A stretch of DNA of 64,000 bases from NCBI RefSeq assembly GCF_045037415.1, contig NZ_CP173438.1; one strand, 5' to 3'. The position numbers were made by a program, and so were the translations under genes. The number at the start of each line of letters is the position of its first letter. Position 1 is the first letter of the stretch. Below, piece after piece: positions 18,727 through 27,326 of the stretch. The DNA comes from Escherichia coli. GTDB lineage: Bacteria > Pseudomonadota > Gammaproteobacteria > Enterobacterales > Enterobacteriaceae. Under the pieces are notes generated by a model, which had not been told where the DNA came from, did no database searches, and saw only the letters and a program-made list of their open reading frames with translations.

Positions 18727-20505
18727 ATGGAGCTTGCGACTACGCAGTCAGTATTGATGCAAATTCAACCAACAATTCAGCGTTTTGCCAGAATGCTTGC
18801 CAGCGTTTTGCAGCTTGAGGTTGAGATCGTTGATGAAAACTTGTGTCGCGTCGCCGGAACGGGCGCGTATGGGAAGTTTCTTGGCCGCCAGTTGAGCGGC
18901 AACTCACGTCTGCTCCGCCACGTCCTGGAAACGAAAACTGAAAAAGTTGTGACACAGTCTCGCTTCGATCCCCTTTGTGAAGGTTGCGATAGTAAAGAAA
19001 ATTGCCGCGAAAAAGCATTTCTGGGTACGCCAGTCATTTTACAGGATCGTTGTGTTGGGGTGATAAGTTTGATTGCCGTTACCCACGAGCAACAAGAACA
19101 TATCAGTGATAATTTACGCGAATTTTCCGATTACGTTCGCCATATATCCACCATTTTTGTTTCTAAACTTCTGGAGGATCAGGGACCAGGAGATAACATC
19201 AGTAAAATATTCGCGACCATGATCGATAATATGGATCAGGGCGTGTTAGTGGTTGATGCTGATAATCGGGTTCAGTTTGTTAATCAGACAGCTTTAAAAA
19301 CACTCGGTGTTGTACAAAATAATATTATTGGAAAACCTGTTCGTTTCAGACCATTAACATTTGAGAGTAATTTTACCCATGGTCATATGCAACATATTGT
19401 TTCGTGGGATGATAAAAGTGAATTAATCATTGGTCAGTTGCATAACATCCAGGGCCGACAACTATTTTTAATGGCGTTTCACCAATCGCATACCAGTTTT
19501 TCTGTAGCAAATGCACCTGATGAACCGCATATTGAACAATTGGTTGGCGAGTGCCGTGTTATGCGGCAATTAAAACGACTCATTAGCCGTATTGCACCCA
19601 GCCCATCCAGCGTTATGGTGGTTGGTGAAAGCGGCACGGGTAAAGAAGTCGTCGCCCGTGCAATCCATAAGTTGAGCGGAAGACGGAATAAACCCTTTAT
19701 TGCTATCAACTGTGCCGCGATTCCGGAACAGCTTCTGGAGAGCGAACTGTTCGGTTATGTTAAAGGCGCATTTACTGGCGCTTCTGCCAACGGTAAAACA
19801 GGGTTGATTCAGGCGGCGAATACGGGCACGCTGTTTCTCGATGAAATTGGTGATATGCCATTAATGTTGCAGGCTAAATTACTGCGCGCTATTGAGGCGC
19901 GTGAAATTCTGCCGATTGGTGCCAGTAGCCCAATACAAGTCGACATCCGCATCATTTCTGCAACTAATCAGAATTTGGCCCAGTTCATTGCCGAAGGTAA
20001 ATTCCGCGAAGATCTCTTCTACCGACTTAATGTTATCCCGATAACTCTTCCACCGCTGCGTGAACGTCAGGAAGATATTGAATTACTAGTGCATTACTTT
20101 TTACATCTGCATACCCGTCGTCTGGGATCGGTTTATCCTGGCATTGCTCCTGATGTCGTCGAAATATTGCGTAAGCATCGTTGGCCCGGAAACCTGCGCG
20201 AGTTAAGCAATTTGATGGAATATCTGGTTAACGTTGTTCCTTCAGGTGAAGTTATCGACAGCACGCTATTGCCGCCAAATCTGCTGAATAATGGCACAAC
20301 GGAGCAAAGTGATGTAACAGAGGCCAGTGAGGCGCACCTGTCACTCGATGATGCGGGCGGCACGGCGCTGGAAGAGATGGAAAAGCAAATGATCCGCGAG
20401 GCGCTTTCACGTCATAACAGCAAGAAGGAAGTTGCTGATGAACTGGGCATCGGCATTGCTACGCTCTATCGCAAGATTAAGAAATATGAGTTGTTAAACA
20501 CATAA
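18727..20505 (+). CDS. ygeV: Sigma54-dependent transcriptional activator YgeV (N-terminal sensor + PAS + AAA+ + HTH)
   Basis: 592-aa ORF with Walker A GESGTGKE, the sigma54-contact GAFTGA motif (KGAFTGAS) and a C-terminal Fis-type HTH (IGIATLYRKIKKY). Recognised as E. coli YgeV. Confidence 0.95.
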   Translation: MELATTQSVLMQIQPTIQRFARMLASVLQLEVEIVDENLCRVAGTGAYGKFLGRQLSGNSRLLRHVLETKTEKVVTQSRFDPLCEGCDSKENCREKAFLGTPVILQDRCVGVISLIAVTHEQQEHISDNLREFSDYVRHISTIFVSKLLEDQGPGDNISKIFATMIDNMDQGVLVVDADNRVQFVNQTALKTLGVVQNNIIGKPVRFRPLTFESNFTHGHMQHIVSWDDKSELIIGQLHNIQGRQLFLMAFHQSHTSFSVANAPDEPHIEQLVGECRVMRQLKRLISRIAPSPSSVMVVGESGTGKEVVARAIHKLSGRRNKPFIAINCAAIPEQLLESELFGYVKGAFTGASANGKTGLIQAANTGTLFLDEIGDMPLMLQAKLLRAIEAREILPIGASSPIQVDIRIISATNQNLAQFIAEGKFREDLFYRLNVIPITLPPLRERQEDIELLVHYFLHLHTRRLGSVYPGIAPDVVEILRKHRWPGNLRELSNLMEYLVNVVPSGEVIDSTLLPPNLLNNGTTEQSDVTEASEAHLSLDDAGGTALEEMEKQMIREALSRHNSKKEVADELGIGIATLYRKIKKYELLNT

Positions 20506-20514
20506 CCTCTGAGA

Positions 20515-20538
20515 ATCCGGCCTGAATTCAGGCCGGAT
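20515..20538. terminator. Bidirectional terminator hairpin between convergent ygeV and xdhC
   Basis: Perfect palindrome ATCCGGCCTGAATTCAGGCCGGAT filling the 38-bp gap. Confidence 0.65.
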
Positions 20539-20543
20539 ATCTT

Positions 20544-21023
20544 TTACTTTGTTTTCTCGCAATCCAGAACTGTATTTACAATCATCTGATACCCCGTGCA
20601 GCGACAAAGATTTCCCGCCAGTCCACGACGAATTTCCGTAATGGTTAATGGCTTCTCGCGTGGTTTCGCCAGCATTGCCGTGGTAGCCATAATCAGGCCC
20701 GGCGTACAAAACCCGCATTGCACTGCACCAGATTTCGCATAAGCCAGTTGGACATGAGAAAGTTTACCGCCTTTCGCTTCACCTTCCAGCGTGCGGATCT
20801 CTTTTCCTTCAGCCCAGGCCGCAAGGAATAAGCAACTGTCTATCGCAGTGCCGTCGACCAGCACCGTACAGGCACCACATTCACCCACGCAGCACCCTTG
20901 TTTGACACTTAGCAGTCCTTGTTCGCGGAGTAATTCCGAGAGCGGCGTGCCTGGTGCGGCGTGAAGCTGAAAAGGCATCCCGTTAATGGTGCATTCGATG
21001 GTAATTGTTTCGCTGTGATTCAT
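20544..21023 (-). CDS. xdhC: Xanthine dehydrogenase [2Fe-2S] subunit XdhC
   Basis: 159-aa ORF with both canonical cluster motifs: [11 protein letters not shown]...C and QCGFCTPG...CRCTGY. Confidence 0.96.
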   Translation of the reverse strand: MNHSETITIECTINGMPFQLHAAPGTPLSELLREQGLLSVKQGCCVGECGACTVLVDGTAIDSCLFLAAWAEGKEIRTLEGEAKGGKLSHVQLAYAKSGAVQCGFCTPGLIMATTAMLAKPREKPLTITEIRRGLAGNLCRCTGYQMIVNTVLDCEKTK

Positions 21024-21897
21024 TGCAATTTCCCCCCGCCGCGGCGACGGCTTCGCTAATCACTTTTTTGGTCATCGTCTGGATGAGATGCAGACGAAAC
21101 TCTTTACTGGCCCGCCATGACGAACGCGGGGCGACATCTTGCAGGACTGATTCGCTGATGGCTTCCAGCGTTTGCAGGTTTAATGGCGCATTTTGTGCAG
21201 TCTGTTCGGCATGTTGGCAGCGAATCGGCGTTGGCGCGGCAACACCAAATGCCAGGCGTAATTCGCTGAAATTGCCGTTATCCAGTCGGCAATGTGCGGC
21301 GCAGCCAATTGTTGAAATATCCATTGCGTCGCGCATGGCATATTTAAAATGCGCGCTGCCCGCGTGTTCTTTCGGCTGTGGCGGAAAATGAAAGGCGACA
21401 AGGATTTCGTCATGCTCAAGAGACACTTTGCCCGGCCCGGTGTGAAAGCCATTAATCGGGACGAAACGAACACCGCGCGGGGAGTGGATCTCCAGTTTCG
21501 CGTCATAAATTAGCGTTGGCGTGGCAGAATCTGCGCTGGTGGCACCGTTGCAAATATTTCCGCCGTAGGTGGCGACATTACGGATCTGCGGCCCGGCGAT
21601 TGATGCAGCCGCAGCACATAACGCCGGGAGATGACGTTGAGTTACAGGATCTTCAATGAGCTGGGTAAATGTCGTTGCAGAGCCGATACGTAGCGCGCCA
21701 TCTTCCGCCAGCGTAATTCCCCGCAGCTCCGCCAGATTATGAATATCAACAATATGGCGATAACGGTCATTGTGATGGTGAAGCTGTATCAGTACGTCAG
21801 TGCCACCGGCGAGCAGTTTGGCCTGCGGGTTGTCAGTCAGCAGGTTGATGGCATCGGCAAGGGTTGCTGCGCGATGGTAAGAAGCAAAATCAAACAT
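20983..21897 (-). CDS. xdhB: Xanthine dehydrogenase FAD-binding subunit XdhB, here 304 aa with an altered, extended C-terminus
   Basis: The ORF matches XdhB through ...SEAVAAAGG and then reads [15 protein letters not shown], overlapping xdhC by 41 nt. From memory K-12 XdhB is 292 aa, ending GGKLQ* at an ATGA overlap with xdhC. Confidence 0.85.
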   Translation of the reverse strand: MFDFASYHRAATLADAINLLTDNPQAKLLAGGTDVLIQLHHHNDRYRHIVDIHNLAELRGITLAEDGALRIGSATTFTQLIEDPVTQRHLPALCAAAASIAGPQIRNVATYGGNICNGATSADSATPTLIYDAKLEIHSPRGVRFVPINGFHTGPGKVSLEHDEILVAFHFPPQPKEHAGSAHFKYAMRDAMDISTIGCAAHCRLDNGNFSELRLAFGVAAPTPIRCQHAEQTAQNAPLNLQTLEAISESVLQDVAPRSSWRASKEFRLHLIQTMTKKVISEAVAAAGGNCNESQRNNYHRMHH

Positions 21898-21907
21898 GAT
21901 GTTATCC

Positions 21908-24166
21908 TCAAATCAATCCTGCCAGATGGAATTCTTCATATAATCGTTTTGGCGTTAGCGGCAGTGTATTGATTGCAACACCGGTAGCCATCTTCACCGC
22001 GTTACGAATAGCAGCGGCTACAGGAATTATGGGTGGCTCACCCAGTGACTTATGTCCGTATGCGGATTGCGGCTCATTGATTTCGACGAACGCGCTTTCC
22101 AGTTGTGGCAGATCCGGCATGGTCGGCATTTTGTAATCCAGCAGATTGGGGTTACGGACCACGCCGCTTTTCGCATCGATGATCATCTCTTCAAATAGCG
22201 CCCAGCCAATGCCCATCCCCATTCCGCCGTGTACCTGACCTTCTGCCAGCAGCGGATTAAGAATATGGCCCGAATCATGAACGTTGAGGATGCGGTTGAT
22301 GGTTACTTTACACAGTGCAATATCGACCGTCAGATCAACAAAGGTACAGCCAAACGCCGGTGGGTTAGTGGTGGTTTTGATGGAGCTTTCGGCAGAGAGC
22401 TGCCCGCCGCGTTCAGGGTGGTAGAAAGCGTCCATCGCCAAATCTTTTAACGACATTAACGGCTCTTCCGGTCGTTCAACCAGCACGATATGGCCTTTTA
22501 TCAGGGTCAGATTCATCGCTGACTGATGTAGCATGACTGCGGCGTGAGCGATGATTTTCTCTTTTAATAACAGTGCCGCACTGCGCAGCGCAGGCGCGGC
22601 AACATAGCTCTGACGTGAGGCAAATGCGCCGGGGTCGAATGGTGTAACGTCGGTGTCTTGTGTCGAAATTACGCGGACATCGCTGACCGGAACTCCCACG
22701 GTTTCTGCCACCATTTGCGAGAACACGGTGTCGGCACCCTGGCCGATTTCCGTCGCGCCGCTTTGCACGTTGATGGTTCCATCCTGATTCATCAACAGGC
22801 GCGCGCCTGCTATTTCTACGCCGACAGGCCAGGTGTTAGAGGTGTAGCTAAAACAGGCGACGCCAACGCCACGACGTAAATTGCCTTGCTGGTTCTGGCA
22901 CTCTGCACGGCGTTTTTCCCATTCAAAGATTTTCCGGCCTTTTTCAAGACACTCCGGCAACCCTGCGCTGTAAATACGTTTTCCCGTGAGCGGATTAGCA
23001 TCTCCTTCGCGGGCGGCGTTGCGTAAACGAATTTCAACAGGATCAATACCTAACGCTGTCGCGGCATCATCAAGCATAGACTCAACGGCAAATACGACTT
23101 GTGGCGCGCCATAACCACGCATCGCACCAGCCGAGGGGAGGTTGGTATAGCAGGTCTTTGAACTGTAAGCGTAGGCACAACGAGGATAAAGGTAAGCGAC
23201 TTTATTCCCCCCAGCAGAAGCAATGGAGTGCCCGTGAGATGCATAAGCGCCGGTGTTAGACAGAACATCCAGACTATAACCTTTCAATGTTCCGTCGCGG
23301 TTCACGCCCATTTGCCCGTCAATAGTAAAAGCGTGGCGGGTACGGGTTGCGAGGAAACACTCTTCACGGCTAAGAGAAACTTTCACCGGAATGCCGCCAA
23401 GTTTGCTTGTCAGGAATGCCGCCATTGGCTCTTCCAGTACATCCTGTTTATTACCAAAACCGCCACCGATAAACGGTTTGATGACTCGTACGCATGACCA
23501 GGGAATATCCAGCGCCTGACCAACCACGCGGCGAACAATGTGCGGGATCTGGGTGCTGGAAACGATGGTAATTCGCGAGTCATCCTCCATCCATGCCAGC
23601 GATGTCACGCTTTCCATATGACAATGTTGAATAACGGGCGTCTGATAGTGCCCCTGTACCTGGTAGTCGGCGGCATCGATTGTTTGTTGGACATTACCCG
23701 TCGACATCGTGCTTTGTTTCAGTAAATTGCCACCGTTATGGATTGGTGCAGCGTCTTCTGCCAGCGCCGCTTCTGACGAGGTGATAACGGGTAATTCTTG
23801 CCACTCAATGCTGACCAATTGCACCGCTTTTTCTGCCGTGAGTTCATCGCGGGCTACGACGATGGCAACGGCGTCACCATGATGACGAACATGACGCGTT
23901 AGCAGGGCACGATCGGCAGTATCGCGCTTGTTTTCGTCAAGTGTCCAGGCATGCCCTGCCGTGGCGAATGGGATTTCTGGCACATCTTCCCAGGTAAAAA
24001 TCGCCAGGACGCCCGGCAAACTCCTGGCTTGTTCATCATTAATACTTACGGCATAACCATGTGCGATAGGGCTACGTACATATTTCGCGTAACACATGCC
24101 CGCCATAACATAATCGTCAGTATATCGTGCCCGCCCGGTGACCTTAGCAATGGCATCGACGCGCAT
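21908..24166 (-). CDS. xdhA: Xanthine dehydrogenase molybdenum-binding subunit XdhA
   Basis: The track ORF is 765 aa. I take the internal ATG at 24166 (MRVDAIAKVTGRARYTDDY..., 752 aa), which matches the K-12 length I remember. The Mo-hydroxylase GEPP motif is present. Confidence 0.93.
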   Translation of the reverse strand: MRVDAIAKVTGRARYTDDYVMAGMCYAKYVRSPIAHGYAVSINDEQARSLPGVLAIFTWEDVPEIPFATAGHAWTLDENKRDTADRALLTRHVRHHGDAVAIVVARDELTAEKAVQLVSIEWQELPVITSSEAALAEDAAPIHNGGNLLKQSTMSTGNVQQTIDAADYQVQGHYQTPVIQHCHMESVTSLAWMEDDSRITIVSSTQIPHIVRRVVGQALDIPWSCVRVIKPFIGGGFGNKQDVLEEPMAAFLTSKLGGIPVKVSLSREECFLATRTRHAFTIDGQMGVNRDGTLKGYSLDVLSNTGAYASHGHSIASAGGNKVAYLYPRCAYAYSSKTCYTNLPSAGAMRGYGAPQVVFAVESMLDDAATALGIDPVEIRLRNAAREGDANPLTGKRIYSAGLPECLEKGRKIFEWEKRRAECQNQQGNLRRGVGVACFSYTSNTWPVGVEIAGARLLMNQDGTINVQSGATEIGQGADTVFSQMVAETVGVPVSDVRVISTQDTDVTPFDPGAFASRQSYVAAPALRSAALLLKEKIIAHAAVMLHQSAMNLTLIKGHIVLVERPEEPLMSLKDLAMDAFYHPERGGQLSAESSIKTTTNPPAFGCTFVDLTVDIALCKVTINRILNVHDSGHILNPLLAEGQVHGGMGMGIGWALFEEMIIDAKSGVVRNPNLLDYKMPTMPDLPQLESAFVEINEPQSAYGHKSLGEPPIIPVAAAIRNAVKMATGVAINTLPLTPKRLYEEFHLAGLI

Positions 24167-24618
24167 GCATGATTCACCCGTAGCGGTTGCTTCCCGCGCT
24201 TCCATAGAAATCCCCTCGGTTTGAACATTTGGTTCTTATGGCAAAGATTTAGTCTTAGCAGGCAAGAATTACGCCAGAAACGACTATATGCGTGAGGGGA
24301 GGAAGGAAGTGTGATGACGTTAAAAAAACACAGATATGATACGAAACAGGACTCTGAATAGGGACAGTGATACGTATCAATATGAGTGGCGATAAAATCA
24401 ATGTGATAAATTAGGATTATTACGCATCAAGGTGGGAAATAGGGTAAAAGTCAGGAAATTCGATACCACTACAGCAAATATTTTGCTGATGATACTTCCC
24501 TTTGCCAAATGAAATTAACCTCTTTCTCTATTACATCGTTTTTCCAGAAGCAAGAGATTGGGTATCAAGAGGCTGGCTGCTATGATATGGCGTCTTGTTT
24601 TTTAAGCGAGGAAAGATT

Positions 24619-25374
24619 TTGAGTGCGGGACGCCTGAATAAAAAATCTCTGGGTATCGTGATGTTGTTATCGGTTGGACTGCTTTTGGCGGGCTGTTCGG
24701 GTAGCAAATCATCCGATACAGGAACGTATTCCGGCTCCGTTTACACCGTGAAACGGGGGGATACGCTATATCGTATTTCGCGCACCACGGGAACCAGCGT
24801 AAAAGAACTGGCGCGACTGAACGGCATTTCCCCCCCTTACACCATTGAAGTAGGTCAGAAACTAAAACTGGGTGGGGCGAAAAGTAGCAGTAGTACACGT
24901 AAATCAACCGCCAAATCCACGACCAAAACCGCATCGGTTACACCGTCATCAGCGGTACCGAAATCTTCCTGGCCGCCAGTAGGGCAACGTTGTTGGTTAT
25001 GGCCAACGACAGGGAAAGTTATCATGCCGTATTCGACAGCAGATGGCGGCAATAAAGGGATTGATATCTCAGCTCCACGAGGTACACCTATTTACGCCGC
25101 GGGTGCAGGAAAGGTGGTGTATGTGGGCAACCAGCTGCGTGGCTACGGTAATCTCATCATGATTAAACACAGTGAAGATTACATTACGGCTTACGCTCAT
25201 AATGACACGATGCTGGTAAATAATGGGCAAAGCGTGAAGGCTGGGCAAAAAATCGCCACTATGGGGAGCACTGATGCGGCATCTGTTCGCCTGCATTTCC
25301 AGATTCGTTACCGTGCAACGGCAATTGATCCGCTACGTTACTTGCCGCCTCAGGGCAGCAAGCCAAAATGCTGA
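24619..25374 (+). CDS. ygeR: LysM + M23 (LytM) domain lipoprotein YgeR
   Basis: Lipobox LLLAGCSGS, a LysM segment (YTVKRGDTLYRISR) and a C-terminal M23-like domain. I take the TTG start at 24619 (251 aa, GAGGA 6 nt upstream) rather than the upstream TTG in the track. Confidence 0.85.
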   Translation: MSAGRLNKKSLGIVMLLSVGLLLAGCSGSKSSDTGTYSGSVYTVKRGDTLYRISRTTGTSVKELARLNGISPPYTIEVGQKLKLGGAKSSSSTRKSTAKSTTKTASVTPSSAVPKSSWPPVGQRCWLWPTTGKVIMPYSTADGGNKGIDISAPRGTPIYAAGAGKVVYVGNQLRGYGNLIMIKHSEDYITAYAHNDTMLVNNGQSVKAGQKIATMGSTDAASVRLHFQIRYRATAIDPLRYLPPQGSKPKC

Positions 25375-25407
25375 TGGCGAATTAATCAGCAGTCAGCAGC
25401 GTGGTAC

Positions 25408-25435
25408 TTGCTAAGGAGAGCGTAAGGTTTATAAT
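25408..25435 (+). promoter_or_regulatory. Probable sigma70 promoter of glyU
   Basis: TTGCTA (25408..25413), a 16-nt spacer, then TATAAT (25430..25435). This is about 17 nt upstream of the mature tRNA 5' end. Confidence 0.5.
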
Positions 25436-25452
25436 GCCTTACGCATCTCGAA

Positions 25453-25526
25453 GCGGGCGTAGTTCAATGGTAGAACGAGAGCTTCCCAAGCTCTATACGA
25501 GGGTTCGATTCCCTTCGCCCGCTCCA
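25453..25526 (+). tRNA. glyU: tRNA-Gly (anticodon CCC)
   Basis: GCGGGCGTAGTTCAATGGTAGAACGAGAGCTTCCCAAGCTCTATACGAGGGTTCGATTCCCTTCGCCCGCTCCA is 74 nt. The acceptor stem GCGGGCG/CGCCCGC pairs, a T-loop GGTTCGATTCC is present, the anticodon loop is CTTCCCAAG, and CCA is encoded. Confidence 0.95.
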
Positions 25527-25797
25527 ATTTATCTTCACATCATCTACCTGCCATTTTTGTTGTATCTGATTTTCTATATTATCTTAATTCAAGCGCTTCA
25601 GACTTTTCGCAATCGCCGTAATACTTCCCCATTTTTTTGTAAATAAAAAGCGTTTACGCAATGCAATCGTCATGTATCTTAAATAGTCTTATTTAAGATG
25701 TTCAGAACTCTTTGTGTGTTTAACTGGCTGATAATTATATAATATTACGAGAGAAGTGATAGAGCGGAATAATAACAAATGAACATTATGAAAACTG

Positions 25798-25833
25798 GGA
25801 TGGTTCAAAATTGAAGCAATTTTGAACCATCCA
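25798..25833 (-). terminator. Intrinsic terminator of yqeG
   Basis: Perfect 16-bp stem GGATGGTTCAAAATTG / CAATTTTGAACCATCC with a 4-nt loop, 10 nt after the yqeG stop. On the minus strand it is followed by cagTTTTc. Confidence 0.6.
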
Positions 25834-25842
25834 CAACGGATA

Positions 25843-27072
25843 TTAGCTAAAGAACATTACCGATACGCACAGGATACCCACGATCAGGGTAATCAGATTT
25901 CCGATGGAACGCCAGGGTTTAAGCGCCGGGATGAGATACGTTGACAGCGTAGGCATGATGAAAAGTATCATGGCAATGAGCGGGCCGCTGATCGCGTAAA
26001 TCATCGAAATCGCGTTCGGGTTAATGCAACAAACAATGAAGGTAATCAGCGATACCAACATAATTGATAGTGCGCGGTTAAATGCACGACTTTTCTTTAC
26101 ACCAACCTGCTGTAATGTTGTTTTGACGACCTCTGTGGCACCTTCAATAACGCCAAAGTACGTACCCAGGAATGATTTCGACATCGCAACTACTGCGACA
26201 ATAATCCCGGAAATTGACAACCATGCTGGGGCGTTCGGCAGCATAGAAAGCGCCGATAAAATGGTAACCCCTTCTTCTTTAGCCGCTTCAATATACGAAG
26301 GTGGAATAGAAAGCAGGCAGCTAAAGACAAAGAACAATACACTTATGCAGATGATGAGATAAGCGACTTTCATAATTTTTTTGCATTTATCCATAGCATG
26401 TTCGCCATATTTTTCACGTCTGTCTATGGCAAACGTAGAAATAATGGGCGTATGGCTAAAAGCGAAAACCATCACGGGAATCGATATCCATATCTGGTGA
26501 AGGGTATTCTGATTGAACTCTACCTGGGTTGTTAATAGATCAGGTTGCCAACTACCGACCAGGTAAATAGAAAGAAATAAGAAATAGGCAATCAATGGGA
26601 ATACCAAAAATCCCATTACCCGAATAGTGGCATGGCGTCCCATCAGAAAAATGAGATTCAGGATTAATACAACCCCCAGACTCACTAGCATACGGATGCG
26701 AAGATCAATAACCATATGCTTTGCCAGCTGTTCCGTAAGTGAGTTGGTAATTGCCACTGCATATATCAACACGACGACAAAAAAGGCGATGAAGTACAGC
26801 GTGGTAATCAGATTACCAATCTTCTTGCCATAGTAGTGTGTTACCGCGCCCGTTATCCCTTCACCTGCTGATGTTTTCGATGAGAGGATGAACTGGCATA
26901 AGGCTTTATGTGGCCAATATGTTAAAGGCCAGGCGACCAGAGCAGTAATAAACAGGACCACAGCCCCCGCCGAACCTAACTGAATAGGAAGGAAGAGCGT
27001 GCCTGCACCAACGGCTGTGCCGTAGAGTGCGAAACTCCACAGAGTTTCTTCTTTTGACCAAATATTAGACAT
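25843..27072 (-). CDS. yqeG: HAAAP-family (SdaC/TdcC-like) amino-acid transporter YqeG
   Basis: 409-aa polytopic membrane ORF. Recognised as E. coli YqeG. Confidence 0.9.
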   Translation of the reverse strand: MSNIWSKEETLWSFALYGTAVGAGTLFLPIQLGSAGAVVLFITALVAWPLTYWPHKALCQFILSSKTSAGEGITGAVTHYYGKKIGNLITTLYFIAFFVVVLIYAVAITNSLTEQLAKHMVIDLRIRMLVSLGVVLILNLIFLMGRHATIRVMGFLVFPLIAYFLFLSIYLVGSWQPDLLTTQVEFNQNTLHQIWISIPVMVFAFSHTPIISTFAIDRREKYGEHAMDKCKKIMKVAYLIICISVLFFVFSCLLSIPPSYIEAAKEEGVTILSALSMLPNAPAWLSISGIIVAVVAMSKSFLGTYFGVIEGATEVVKTTLQQVGVKKSRAFNRALSIMLVSLITFIVCCINPNAISMIYAISGPLIAMILFIMPTLSTYLIPALKPWRSIGNLITLIVGILCVSVMFFS

Positions 27073-27326
27073 TATCTGAACGTATCATCTACAAATTAAA
27101 CAAAATGGAGGGCAATTTACCATAAACCAGGTTAAGTATGGGAGATTAACGCCTTATCTACCTCTCTATTGGTGGGTTAGTGGTTGCAAACCTTACGTGC
27201 CAGTTATGTCTCTGACTACTACTCAGGCGTATTTCCTTTGTGATAATGGTCACTTTTTTTAAACAATTAAGATAACTGTAATTAACAATCATTTACTATT
27301 GCACTGTTAATTGGTGCGAGGTTGTG

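Noticed and set aside
24167-24205. 13-codon extension of xdhA, and similar short extensions of hyuA (14486..14497), ygeR (24595..24618), recB (56909..56917) and yqeF (27324..27326).
   Set aside because: The internal starts give the protein lengths I remember for K-12 and have better SD spacing. The extensions begin at weak alternative codons.
25401-25646. 81-aa ORF between ygeR and yqeG.
   Set aside because: It reads straight through the glyU promoter and the tRNA-Gly gene. The tRNA explains the sequence conservation.
25375-27323. Possible genomic island, integrase or mobile element at the tRNA-Gly locus.
   Set aside because: There is no integrase, transposase, direct repeat of the tRNA 3' end or foreign gene. 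yqeG follows immediately, so the site is empty rather than occupied.
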